Part shown: positions 19,889-29,271 of the stretch, in pieces
Layout of the letters: the number at the start of each line of letters is the position of its first letter
Numbering within the stretch: the stretch's first letter is position 1
Origin: Acidobacteriota bacterium
Lineage (GTDB): Bacteria > Acidobacteriota > UBA890 > WLXD01
Reading direction: 5' to 3'
Assembly (NCBI GenBank): GCA_965248695.1
Contig: CBDFKD010000002.1
Coordinates: 704,001 to 768,000, forward strand
DNA: 64,000 nucleotides
Notes under the pieces: model-generated
The model's input: only the letters and a program-made list of their open reading frames with translations
The model's database searches: none
What the model was told of the DNA's origin: nothing
Program-made: the position numbers and the translations under genes

Positions 19889-20167
19889 ATGCCGAGTAAG
19901 AGGCACAGCGCCGAGCAGATCGTACGCAAGCTCCGGGAGGCTGAGGTGGAGCTGGCTCGAGGGGCGACGGTCAAGGATGCCTGCCGCAAGCTAGCAATCA
20001 CCGAGCACACCTACTACCGGTGGCGGCGAGAGTACGGCGGACTGAAGCTCAACCAGGCCAGAAAGCTCAAGCAACTGGAGAAGGAGAATGCCCGGCTCAA
20101 GAGGCTGGTGGCGGAAAAGGAACTCGACCTGTCGATCCTGAAGGAAGTGGCGGAGGGAAACTTCTGA
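19889..20167 (+). CDS. IS3 transposase OrfA
   Basis: HTH (EQIVRKLRE...TYYRWRREYGG) and leucine zipper LEKENARLKRLVAE. Confidence 0.92.
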   Translation: MPSKRHSAEQIVRKLREAEVELARGATVKDACRKLAITEHTYYRWRREYGGLKLNQARKLKQLEKENARLKRLVAEKELDLSILKEVAEGNF

Positions 20168-21048
20168 GCCCAGCTCGGCGGCGAGAGGCGGTGGCACATG
20201 TACGGGGGCGGCTGGGCGTCTCGGAGAGGCGGGCGTGTCGGGTACTGAAACAACCACGCACGACACACCGGTACGTGCCAAGAGAGCCGCAACAGGAGCA
20301 GATTTTGACGGAGCGGATCGTGGATTTAGCCCGACAGTACGGGCGCTACGGATATCGGAGGGTGACAGCGTTGCTGCGCATGGAGGGCTGGTCCGTGAAC
20401 CACAAACGAGTGCAGCGTATCTGGCGGCGCGAAGGGCTGAAAGTACCGAGAAAACAGCCCAAACGAGCACGGCTGTGGCTGAGCGATGGCTCCTGCATCC
20501 GGCTGCGCCCACAGCACCGGGATCATGTCTGGGCGTATGACTTCCTGCACCACCGGACGCACGACGGTCGGGCTATGAGGCTGCTGACGATCGTCGATGA
20601 GTACACACGAGAAAGCCTGGCGATCCATGTAGCACGGAAGCTCAACTCTGAGGACGTGCTGGAGCAGCTCGGGAGGTTGTTCGTACACCGGGGCATACCT
20701 GAGCACATCCGGTCGGATAACGGACCAGAGTTCACCGCCGAGGCGGTTCGCGACTGGCTGGGCCGGTTGGGCGTGGGGACGCTGTTCATCGAGCCGGGCT
20801 CGCCGTGGGAGAACGGTTACGTGGAGAGCTTCAACGGCAAGCTACGCGACGAGCTGCTGGATGGAGAGATCTTCTACACGCTCAAGGAGGCAAAGGTTCT
20901 GATCGAGAGATGGCGTCAGCACTACAACCGCATGCGACCGCACAGCTCGCTGAGCTATCGGCCGCCCGCACCCGAAGCGACGTTGTTGAAGCCGGCTGCG
21001 CTCCGCTTCGCCGGCCTCAACAACCTCTTGTCAGCACCGAGTTACTGA
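20164..21048 (+). CDS. IS3 transposase OrfB (DDE), expressed via -1 frameshift
   Basis: YGYRR, WAYDF, IRSDNGPEF, PWENGYVESFNGKLRDE; G GGA AAC slippery site at 20155-20161 followed by a CTGAGC/GCTCGG stem. Confidence 0.92.
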   Translation: MSPARRREAVAHVRGRLGVSERRACRVLKQPRTTHRYVPREPQQEQILTERIVDLARQYGRYGYRRVTALLRMEGWSVNHKRVQRIWRREGLKVPRKQPKRARLWLSDGSCIRLRPQHRDHVWAYDFLHHRTHDGRAMRLLTIVDEYTRESLAIHVARKLNSEDVLEQLGRLFVHRGIPEHIRSDNGPEFTAEAVRDWLGRLGVGTLFIEPGSPWENGYVESFNGKLRDELLDGEIFYTLKEAKVLIERWRQHYNRMRPHSSLSYRPPAPEATLLKPAALRFAGLNNLLSAPSY

Positions 21049-21082
21049 GATAAGACATGGTACTAACCGCGGGGTCAGGTCA

Positions 21083-21354
21083 GCCTACTCGACGTGCTCG
21101 GCACCGTGGAGGAAGGCAAGCTCGCCGACCTGGTGGTGCTGGCCGACAACCCGCTGGAGAACATCTCCAACATCCGCACCATACAGATGGTGTTCAAGGA
21201 CGGCATCTCGGTAGAGATGGAACCGCCCGCCGGCACCCTACGCTTCTACGACTACTTCGATTCGACTGGGCTGCTGCAGGGGTTCCTGGGGAAGTCGGAA
21301 AACGCCGAGGGCGTCACGAGGTCAGGCAACCCGTATCCCGCCCAGCAGCGGTAG
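21083..21354 (+). pseudogene. C-terminal fragment of an amidohydrolase
   Basis: GTVEEGKLADLVVLADNPLENISNIRTIQMVFKDG begins immediately after the IS right end. Confidence 0.8.
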
Positions 21355-21446
21355 GCGCGCTCCTCTCGGCTCCGTTGATTCAGCGCATCAGGCCCGGTAG
21401 CCTCTCGCCGGACTCTGGCAATCGCCTCGAAACATGTGAGGAGAGC

Positions 21447-22787
21447 GTGCGATTTTCCCGAAAGTGGCTTCCTGTCGAGGGATTGGTCGGCTGCCTGGCG
21501 CTCGGCATCGCCGGCGGGCTTCTGTTCCAGGCGAATCGCGCTGCCAGCCAGCGCGATATCTACGTGTCGGACCTGCGGACTGACTCGGTGTACGTTTTCG
21601 ACGCCAACTTCGGCGCGAAGGTAAAGGTCGCCAAGAAGCCGGTGGCGATCATCGCCGGCTTCGACAATCCCTGGGGAGTTGCCGTAGACCCGGTTGGCGG
21701 CGCGTTTGCGATGGTGGCCAATCGCGGAGGAGACAGCGTGAGCCGCATCGATACGGCGACGCAGACGATTGCCGCCGTGATTCCGGTCGGCAAGCAGCCG
21801 CAAGGCATAGACATCACGCCGGACGGCCTTTTCGCGCTGGTTGCCAACACGGGATCCAAGAGCGTTTCCGTAATCGAGACGGCCACCAACAGCGTCATCA
21901 GAACTGTGAAGGTGAAGAAGGATCCGCGCAGCGTCGCCATCGACCAGGCGGGGGCGTTCGCTCTCGTCAACAGCCTCGGGTCCAAGACGATTTCGATCGT
22001 CGACCTTGCGGTAGCCACGAAATCCGCCCGCGTATCGACGCGGCGCTCTCCCAAGGGGGTCCGCCACCTGAAGAAGCGTCAAGGAGTCTGCAAGACACCT
22101 TCAGGTGGTCTTGACGCGCGATTCGAGGAGCAGGGCGGGTTCTACCTGGCGTTCTGGACCTGCAAGCCGAACCCGGCTTCCCGTCGGCTCCGGTCAGGTA
22201 TCGGCGACCTGTTCCAGGGGGTGGCATTCGATGCCGGGGATATCCTGGCGCTGTTCGCTGGATCCGAAATCACCACCGAAGATGAAATCAACGTAGAGGA
22301 CGCCAAGAAGGACCCGGAAGAGCTGGACGCCGAAGATGACGAGCTGACACGCGAACAGAATTCCCCCGGGGAGGAACACGAAGAGGAATACGAGGAAGAG
22401 CAGGATTCGAGGGAGCGCCTTCTTAGAAGCCTCCAGTTCGCACCCAACTACATCAGTTCCTCCCGGTCTGCCCGGGCGCTGAGCCACCAGTACATGTTGG
22501 TCGGTACGGGTGGTCCGACGTCTGCTGATCGGTCCATTCTGATCTCTGATTTCAGCAACACCGTGCGCATTGGCGATGGCGCCCCCTGGAACCAGTGGAC
22601 GGGCGGCGAGAACAACGGTCTCATCGTCATGCCCGACGACTGTGCGTTCCCGTGCAACATGGCGAAGTTCGCCTCCTCTTCCGCGAGGGTGGTGGTCGAC
22701 GGAGACCATGCGTTCAAGGATGCAGGGCTGGTGCCGTTCACCGCAGGCCGCAGATTCAAACAGCCTCTGATCGTCGTCGAGGAGTAG
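21447..22787 (+). CDS. Secreted YVTN/YncE-type beta-propeller protein with a Glu-rich segment
   Basis: GAGGAG RBS before GTG, signal peptide, repeats VANRGGDSVSRIDTAT / IPVGKQPQGIDITPDG / VANTGSKSVSVIETATN; acidic tract at about 22266-22417. Confidence 0.82.
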   Translation: MRFSRKWLPVEGLVGCLALGIAGGLLFQANRAASQRDIYVSDLRTDSVYVFDANFGAKVKVAKKPVAIIAGFDNPWGVAVDPVGGAFAMVANRGGDSVSRIDTATQTIAAVIPVGKQPQGIDITPDGLFALVANTGSKSVSVIETATNSVIRTVKVKKDPRSVAIDQAGAFALVNSLGSKTISIVDLAVATKSARVSTRRSPKGVRHLKKRQGVCKTPSGGLDARFEEQGGFYLAFWTCKPNPASRRLRSGIGDLFQGVAFDAGDILALFAGSEITTEDEINVEDAKKDPEELDAEDDELTREQNSPGEEHEEEYEEEQDSRERLLRSLQFAPNYISSSRSARALSHQYMLVGTGGPTSADRSILISDFSNTVRIGDGAPWNQWTGGENNGLIVMPDDCAFPCNMAKFASSSARVVVDGDHAFKDAGLVPFTAGRRFKQPLIVVEE

Positions 22788-22820
22788 GAGCTCCCCCTTG
22801 CACCAGGAGGGGTTCACCCA

Positions 22821-23288
22821 TTGATCAGGGCGGGTGCCGGCGTAGCGCGATGGTCGATCAACGTCTTCGTCGGTGGCTTTCTGGCGTTGCAGCTCCTGCT
22901 GCCCTTGCCAGCGTTGCTGCGCGACCAGACCGAGACACGGGGCATCCTCTCCTGGAACATGTACGCGGAGCGCTACCGCTGTACCGCACGTTATAGCGCC
23001 GTCACTTCAGACGGCACTCGGATCCCGCTGACGGTGAGTCGGTACTTCAACAACCCCGACCGAGCGGGGCTTGTCCGACACCGCGATGTACTGCCTAGAT
23101 TCCACGCTTGGTTGTGTGAAGACGCCGGGGCTGGCGAGGCGCCAATTGCTCTTCAAGGCTCCGTCGCCTGCTCGGCGAACGGTGGGCCAGAAGTCCAGCT
23201 AGTGCGCCAAGAGGTCGATCTCTGCACAGCGCCGGAGTTTGGCGTAGAGGCCGTTCCTCGACCCCTTGTGTCGGGCAGCTCACGGTGA
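22821..23288 (+). CDS. Stand-alone lumenal domain of a vitamin K-dependent gamma-carboxylase-like protein
   Basis: One TM ending QLLLP, then LSWNMY, HRDVLPRFHAWL and SANGGPEVQLVRQEVDL, collinear with GGCX QLFLP, YSWDMM, HADMLKQYATCL and SINDRFQQRIFDPRVDI (alignment by eye). Confidence 0.65.
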   Translation: MIRAGAGVARWSINVFVGGFLALQLLLPLPALLRDQTETRGILSWNMYAERYRCTARYSAVTSDGTRIPLTVSRYFNNPDRAGLVRHRDVLPRFHAWLCEDAGAGEAPIALQGSVACSANGGPEVQLVRQEVDLCTAPEFGVEAVPRPLVSGSSR

Positions 23289-24244
23289 CGCGGGAGCGCT
23301 TGTCCAGGTCAGGAAGTCGCCTTACACGGAGCTGGAATCGGTTCTGGTTCGCCGAGGGCAGCGTCGTGACGCTCGGCGTGTTTCGAATCCTGTTCGCCTA
23401 TTGCCTCTGGGACGAGGTGGCGACGACCCACGCCCGGAGCACCGGTGCGATCGAAGGGGGATTTCACCTTCCATACTTCGAGTGGATACCGCTGATGACG
23501 GTTCCCACCTACGACCTGGTGCATCTGTTGCAGTATCCCCTGATCCTGACTCTGGGGATCGGATTGCTCAGCCGCACCTCGTGTGGGGCGCTGTTGGTGC
23601 TTCAGGGCTGGGTCTTCTTCGCCGATCAGCTCAACTATCGGAACCACCCATCCTTCTTCTTGCTGGTGTTGTTGTGCCTGCTCCTGGCACCTGCCGCCGA
23701 CGCCTTGTCGGTGCACTCCCTGGTACGGCGCTGGCGCGATCACAGCGCGGCCGGGCTCTGGGGCAGGGTTCAACCGCTCACGTTCCAGCGGTTGATTCAG
23801 GTGCAACTCTCCCTTGTCTATCTGTGGGCGGCACTCCACAAGTTGAACCGAGCCTTCCTCGACGGCAGTGTGTTGGCCCACCACCTCGGAGAGGATCTCT
23901 TCGAAGGCGGTTCCGGGAGGTTCTTGGGATCGACATTGACCCCACAGGCTATCGAGGGGTGGCGAGCCTTCATGCAGGAGCCCTCGAACCTGATTCTCGC
24001 GGCATGGATCACGGTGGCGCTGGAGTTGTTCCTGGCGGGCGCCCTGTGGTTCCCGGCGACGCGGCCCGTTGGCATCGGGCTGGGAACGATGTTTCATCTG
24101 GCGATTGCGTGGGGGATGGGCATCCGGGTATTCTCCCTTGCCGCAATCGCCTGCTACCTGCTGTTCCTCGATCCAGATACTCTGCCAGCGACAGGTCGGC
24201 GCGTTCGCGCCTTCCTTCGACCGGTCGTGACTGTTGGCCGATGA
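23285..24244 (+). CDS. HTTM domain protein (membrane domain of vitamin K-dependent gamma-carboxylase family)
   Basis: LGVFRILF, NYRNH, LIQVQLSLVYLWAALHKLN, FLDG and FHLAIAWGMGIRVFS motifs; GTGA overlap with the upstream gene. Confidence 0.85.
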   Translation: MTRERLSRSGSRLTRSWNRFWFAEGSVVTLGVFRILFAYCLWDEVATTHARSTGAIEGGFHLPYFEWIPLMTVPTYDLVHLLQYPLILTLGIGLLSRTSCGALLVLQGWVFFADQLNYRNHPSFFLLVLLCLLLAPAADALSVHSLVRRWRDHSAAGLWGRVQPLTFQRLIQVQLSLVYLWAALHKLNRAFLDGSVLAHHLGEDLFEGGSGRFLGSTLTPQAIEGWRAFMQEPSNLILAAWITVALELFLAGALWFPATRPVGIGLGTMFHLAIAWGMGIRVFSLAAIACYLLFLDPDTLPATGRRVRAFLRPVVTVGR

Positions 24245-26127
24245 GCACCTTCCAGAGGGGGAGTCGAAAGCGCCCCATGACTGAGCCGCGAGTCGTTGCC
24301 TCGAAGCAAGAGGACTCGGTGGTGATCCGGTTCGCCGGTGACTCCGGCGACGGAATGCAGCTCACCGGGACCCAGTTCACCACGACCTCCGCTCTGGTGG
24401 GCAACGACTTCGCCACATTCCCCGACTTCCCGGCCGAGATCCGCGCTCCGGCGGACACCATGCCCGGGGTGAGCGCCTACCAGCTGCACTTCTCTTCCAA
24501 CGACGTCTACACCGCCGGCGACGCCCCGGACGTTCTCGTGGCGATGAACGCGGCAGCGCTGAAGGTAAGCCTGCCCATGCTCCCGGCGGGCCGCACGATC
24601 ATCGCCAACACCGACGGGTTCGGAGACGCCAGCCTGTCGAAGGCGGGCTACGCGCAAAACCCGCTGGAGGACGGAACGATCGACGGCTACAACGTCATCC
24701 CCGTGCCACTCACCAGCCTCACCATCAAGGTGTTGGAGGACTCGCCGCTCTCGGTTCGCGAGCGGCGGCGCTGCAAGAATTTCTACGCCCTCGGGATCAT
24801 GTACTGGCTCTACTCGCGCCCGATGGAGACCACGGAAGAGTGGATCCAGAAGCGCTTCAAATCGAAGCCCGACATCGTCGACGCCAACCTCACCGCCCTG
24901 CATGCCGGCTACGCGTACGCCCAGGCCAGCGAGTTGTTCCAGGTTCGATACGAGGTTCCTCCGACCCCGGTGGATCCCGGGCTGTACCGGAACATATCCG
25001 GCAACAAGGCCCTGGCGCTCGGGCTCTACTCGGCATCGGAGCGCGCGGGGTTGCAGCTGTTCTTCGGTTCCTACCCCATCACACCGGCTTCGGACATCTT
25101 GTCGGAGCTGGCGCGGCTCAAATCACAGGGGGTGGTCACCTTTCAGGCCGAGGACGAGATTGCCGCCGTCTGCTCCGCGATTGGCGCCTCCTTCGGCGGC
25201 TCGATCGGCGTAACCGCGACGAGTGGTCCCGGCCTTGCCCTCAAGGGCGAGGCCATCGGTCTGGCGGTGACCACGGAGCTTCCGCTCGTGATTATCAACG
25301 TCCAGCGCGGCGGTCCCAGCACCGGTCTCCCCACCAAGACTGAGCAGTCGGACCTCTTGCAGGCGATGTGGGGGAGGAACGGAGAGTGCCCGCTGGCCGT
25401 GATCGCGGCATCCACTCCGGGAGATTGCTTTGCCACCGCCATGGAGGCGGTTCGTATTGCGCTCGAGTACATGACGCCGGTGCTCCTGCTTTCGGATGGC
25501 TATATCGCCAACGGCGCCGAACCTTGGCTCGTTCCGAGCGCCAGCGATCTGCCCGACATCTCCGTCCAGTTCCGAACCGACCCCGAGGGCTTCCAACCAT
25601 TCGCGAGGGATCCGGAGACCCTGGCGCGACCCTGGGTAAGACCGGGCACCCCGGGGTTGGAACACCGGATTGGCGGTCTGGAGCACCAAGACGTTTCGGG
25701 GAACGTCTCCTACGACCCCGCGAACCACGAGAACATGACCGTTCTTCGCGAGGAGAAGATCGCTCGGATAGCCAAGGACATCCCCCCGGCAAAGCCCTTC
25801 GGCGATGACAGCGGCGATCTCCTGCTGGTCGGCTGGGGCGGAACCTATGGATCGCTTCATGCCGCCACGCTTGCCGCGCGGGCCGACGGTCTCAGCGTCT
25901 CGCACGTCCACCTCCGCCATATCAACCCCTTCCCATCAAACCTCGACGAGGTGCTGGCGTCGTTCGATCGAGTACTGGTAGCGGAGCTGAACCGGGGCCA
26001 GCTTGATGTGCTGCTACGCGCCCGCTTCCTGGTAGATACCCTGAACCTCAACAAGGTTCGTGGCCAGCCCTTCTCGGTAGGGGAGATCTTGGACGCCATA
26101 GAGACAGCTCTGGAAGGTAGCGAATGA
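24241..26127 (+). CDS. korA: 2-oxoacid:ferredoxin oxidoreductase alpha subunit
   Basis: FAGDSGDGMQLTG, YPITPAS, QAEDEIAA, QRGGPSTGLPTKTEQSD; start at 24241 (ATGA overlap) or 24277. Confidence 0.93.
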   Translation: MSTFQRGSRKRPMTEPRVVASKQEDSVVIRFAGDSGDGMQLTGTQFTTTSALVGNDFATFPDFPAEIRAPADTMPGVSAYQLHFSSNDVYTAGDAPDVLVAMNAAALKVSLPMLPAGRTIIANTDGFGDASLSKAGYAQNPLEDGTIDGYNVIPVPLTSLTIKVLEDSPLSVRERRRCKNFYALGIMYWLYSRPMETTEEWIQKRFKSKPDIVDANLTALHAGYAYAQASELFQVRYEVPPTPVDPGLYRNISGNKALALGLYSASERAGLQLFFGSYPITPASDILSELARLKSQGVVTFQAEDEIAAVCSAIGASFGGSIGVTATSGPGLALKGEAIGLAVTTELPLVIINVQRGGPSTGLPTKTEQSDLLQAMWGRNGECPLAVIAASTPGDCFATAMEAVRIALEYMTPVLLLSDGYIANGAEPWLVPSASDLPDISVQFRTDPEGFQPFARDPETLARPWVRPGTPGLEHRIGGLEHQDVSGNVSYDPANHENMTVLREEKIARIAKDIPPAKPFGDDSGDLLLVGWGGTYGSLHAATLAARADGLSVSHVHLRHINPFPSNLDEVLASFDRVLVAELNRGQLDVLLRARFLVDTLNLNKVRGQPFSVGEILDAIETALEGSE

Positions 26128-27188
26128 GCCCGACATCGACGGCACAGATGCCCGCTCCGGCCTACTCGAAGAAGGACTTCGCCTCCGACCAAACGGTCCG
26201 CTGGTGCCCGGGCTGCGGTGACTACGCCATCCTCAGCTCGGTCCAGAGGGTCTTCGCGAAGCTGGGGATCCCGCGCGAAAAGTTCGTCATCGTGTCGGGA
26301 ATCGGCTGCTCCAGTCGCTTTCCCTACTACATGAACACCTACGGCTTCCACACCATCCATGGCCGCGCCCCCGCCATCGCCACCGGCCTCAAGGTGGCAC
26401 GCCCGGATCTGTCGGTCTGGGTAGTCACCGGCGACGGGGATGCGCTTTCCATTGGCGGCAACCACATCCTGCATTCGATGCGGCGCAACGTGGATATCAA
26501 GGTGCTGCTCTTCAACAACAGGATTTATGGGCTCACCAAAGGGCAGTACTCGCCGACGTCCGAGGTGGGGAAGAAGACGAAGACGTCGCCCTACGGATCC
26601 GTGGACCGACCCATTCAACCGATCTCCATCGCGCTGGCGGCGGAGGCGACCTTCGTTGCCAGGAGCGCCGATGTATACGGCCAGCACCTCGCGACGGTGC
26701 TGGGCCGAGCCGCCGCGCACCGCGGCTCCGCCTTCGTGGAGATCCTGCAGAATTGCAATATCTTCAACGACGGCGCCTTTGCTGGCATCACCGACCGGCA
26801 GACGCGCGAGGACGAGAAGGTGGATCTGGTGCACGGAGAGCCGATGGTCTTCGGGAAGGACCGAGATCGCGGGATCCGTCTGCACGGGCTCACGCCCAAG
26901 GTAGTGAAGGTCGGCGCCGACGGGGTGCCTGAAGAGGATCTCCTGCACCACGACGAGGCCACCACGAACCCCGGTCTCGCCTATCTCCTCAGCCAGCTCG
27001 AGCCGCCCGAATTTCCGACGCCGATGGGCGTGTTCCGGGCGTTGGACGAAGAAACCTACGACGACGCCATCCATAGCCAGATCAGTGACGCCCGCGCGGC
27101 GGCGCCCGAGACCGATCTCGACGCCCTGCTGCAGGAGGGCGATACCTGGCGAATCAACGACGCGGAGACGGGAGAAGAGACAGTCTGA
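26124..27188 (+). CDS. korB: 2-oxoacid:ferredoxin oxidoreductase beta subunit
   Basis: WCPGCGD, SGIGCSSR, GDGDALSIGGNH TPP motif, YGLTKGQYSPTS. Confidence 0.94.
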   Translation: MSPTSTAQMPAPAYSKKDFASDQTVRWCPGCGDYAILSSVQRVFAKLGIPREKFVIVSGIGCSSRFPYYMNTYGFHTIHGRAPAIATGLKVARPDLSVWVVTGDGDALSIGGNHILHSMRRNVDIKVLLFNNRIYGLTKGQYSPTSEVGKKTKTSPYGSVDRPIQPISIALAAEATFVARSADVYGQHLATVLGRAAAHRGSAFVEILQNCNIFNDGAFAGITDRQTREDEKVDLVHGEPMVFGKDRDRGIRLHGLTPKVVKVGADGVPEEDLLHHDEATTNPGLAYLLSQLEPPEFPTPMGVFRALDEETYDDAIHSQISDARAAAPETDLDALLQEGDTWRINDAETGEETV

Positions 27189-27208
27189 CGCGGAAAGGAG
27201 CGGACGCC

Positions 27209-27745
27209 ATGAGCAGCGGCTACGAAGATGACCTGGACATGTACGAGGAGGCCCGAGGCCCCCGCAGGAAGCAGCTCGACAACCGGGTTCTGCTGCGCCC
27301 TATCCGTGATCTCAACTACCCGAAGCGCCCCGCCGCCGTGACTCCCGAGACCACGGTCGAGGAGGCGCTGGACGTGATGGTTGCCAAGAAGATCGGTGGC
27401 CTGTTGGTGGTGGACGACGGCAAGGTCGTCGGCATCTTCGCCGAGCGGGATGCGCTCATGAAGCGGCTCTACGACACCAAGGGACTCGATCGGCCGGTGC
27501 GGGAGTTCATGACCCCCGACCCGGACTGCCTGACCATTCACGATGGAATCGCCGTCGCCTTGAACCGAATGGTCGAGGGCGGCTACCGGCATATTCCGCT
27601 GGTGAACGCTGAACACCAGCCGGTAGGAATCCTGGTGATGCGAGATGTCGTGCGCTACGTGGTGTCGTTCTTCCCCGGCGAGGTCCTCAACCAGCCGCCC
27701 CACAGCGAGCACGCACCACCGGATTTTTCCATCGACGGCGGATAG
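27209..27745 (+). CDS. CBS domain protein
   Basis: Tandem CBS pair (GIFAERD, FMTPDP, YRHIPLV); AAGGAG RBS. Confidence 0.88.
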   Translation: MSSGYEDDLDMYEEARGPRRKQLDNRVLLRPIRDLNYPKRPAAVTPETTVEEALDVMVAKKIGGLLVVDDGKVVGIFAERDALMKRLYDTKGLDRPVREFMTPDPDCLTIHDGIAVALNRMVEGGYRHIPLVNAEHQPVGILVMRDVVRYVVSFFPGEVLNQPPHSEHAPPDFSIDGG

Positions 27746-27754
27746 GACGCCCGC

Positions 27755-29224
27755 CTACTCCATCGTCAGCTGGACGAAGCCATCCCAAACCTCGAGAAGC
27801 GTGGAGGTGTCCTCGTCAGCGTGGTTCGGGGTGATCAGGCACATGTTGTAGTACGGCGAGATCAGCACGCCGTGGTTCCAGAAGTAGGCGTGGGACAGCT
27901 CGAAGAGTCCGCCGAAGCCGAGCTGGACGAGGCCGGAGATGGGGTCGCTGACGGTGTCCGGGATGAACTGATAGCAGATCCGGTTGCCCATGGTCTCGAT
28001 CCTGAACGGCGCCTGGTGGCGTTCGACACTCTCCTGCATGCCTGTTTTGATGGCGCCGGACGTGGTGTCGATCCTGGCGAACGTGTCGTCCGTCAGCACC
28101 TGCTCCAGGGTGGCGCGAAGCGCCAGCGTAGAGAGGCCATTGCCGCACGAGGCGGTGCCGAGGAAGCCGAAGCCGGCGATGGAGAAGAACCCGGCGTCGG
28201 TGTGATCGCGCTCGACCTTGGCGGCGATCTCCTCGGTCATGCCGAAGACGGCGCCCGGCACTCCACTTGATATCGATTTCCCGCAGGTCCAGAAATCACC
28301 GGAGATTCCGAGGTGCCCGACCATGCCGCGTGGCCCCTGGCTGATCGTGTGGGTCTCGTCGTAGCACAGCAGCGTGCCGTATTTGTCGCACAACTCCCTT
28401 AGCCCCTCGTGCCAACCGGGCAGCGGCCACGCCCAACCGAAGTTGGACATCACCGGCTCCAGCATCACGCAGGCGACGCTTCGGTCCTGGAGGACCTCCT
28501 CGACGCTCTCGAGGTCGTTCCAGTTGAAGATCTTCGTCCCCTGGTCGACGTCTCCATGGTAGATGTCGAGGTCGTGGAAACGCGCAATACGGCCGGGCTC
28601 CGGCATGAACTTCAGGGTCTCGTCAATCGTGCCGTGATAGGTGAAGTTCGGAATCGCGATATTGCGCCGGCCCGTGTGGTGGCGCGCGATCGCCAGCACG
28701 AAGCGGTTGGCGTCGCTGGCCGAGAGCGCATGCATCCAGTGGCTGAGACCGAAGCGCTCCGCGAGCAGCCGCGTGGCGACCAGCGCGTCCTCGTTGCACA
28801 TCATGGTGGAGATCCCATCGGCGGTCAGACGCGCCGCGAGCACGGCATGCACAGGGTTGTCTGGCGCGCGCCCGAACATGTCGGGCGAGTCCCCGAGATT
28901 GAGGTCGAGATACTCGTTGCCGTCGACGTCCCAGAGCTTGTTGCCGGCCGAGCGCTCGGCGTACAACAGGTGCGGTGTCTCCCAGTCCTTCTGTCCGGTG
29001 GCAAAGACGCCCCAGGGCATCGAGGCCCGTCCCTGGTCCTGCAATTGCTCGGACCCGGGCGTGCGATTCATCCACGCCGCCATGTGCTCTCGAGCCAACG
29101 CGAGCAGCGTCTCCTGCGGCTTCACGCCCGGCAGCACGGGGAAGACCGTCGAAAGGTCGCCGGGGTCGGCATCGGAGGCCCATTTCCGGGCCTTTTCCAG
29201 CGGAAACGGACGATTGGACGCCAT
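27755..29224 (-). CDS. Class III aminotransferase (GSA-aminomutase-like)
   Basis: WDVDGNEYLD, YHG, YDETHT, TCGKSISSG PLP-lysine motif. Confidence 0.88.
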   Translation of the reverse strand: MASNRPFPLEKARKWASDADPGDLSTVFPVLPGVKPQETLLALAREHMAAWMNRTPGSEQLQDQGRASMPWGVFATGQKDWETPHLLYAERSAGNKLWDVDGNEYLDLNLGDSPDMFGRAPDNPVHAVLAARLTADGISTMMCNEDALVATRLLAERFGLSHWMHALSASDANRFVLAIARHHTGRRNIAIPNFTYHGTIDETLKFMPEPGRIARFHDLDIYHGDVDQGTKIFNWNDLESVEEVLQDRSVACVMLEPVMSNFGWAWPLPGWHEGLRELCDKYGTLLCYDETHTISQGPRGMVGHLGISGDFWTCGKSISSGVPGAVFGMTEEIAAKVERDHTDAGFFSIAGFGFLGTASCGNGLSTLALRATLEQVLTDDTFARIDTTSGAIKTGMQESVERHQAPFRIETMGNRICYQFIPDTVSDPISGLVQLGFGGLFELSHAYFWNHGVLISPYYNMCLITPNHADEDTSTLLEVWDGFVQLTME

Positions 29225-29271
29225 CGCGCCTTCCTGCAAGCCCCTTCCCGGCGGGAAGGAAACCGGGCGAT

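Larger units (their letters stand above)
19823..21082 (+). mobile_element. IS3-family insertion sequence (1260 bp)
   Basis: Terminal inverted repeats TGACCTGACCCC...GGGGTCAGGTCA (5'-TG...CA-3'); orfA/orfB arrangement; no target-site duplication. Confidence 0.93.

Noticed and set aside
21057-21446. N-terminal extension of the YVTN protein
   Set aside because: Overlaps the IS end and the amidohydrolase fragment; RBS and signal peptide point to GTG 21447.
23266-24240. 325-aa N-terminal extension of KorA in the ORF track
   Set aside because: It is an alternative frame over the HTTM gene; KorA similarity starts only after 24241.
27755-29224. Second hemL
   Set aside because: Lacks the PGGVxSPVRAF and SGTEA signatures present in the true hemL at 40473; called a generic class III aminotransferase.
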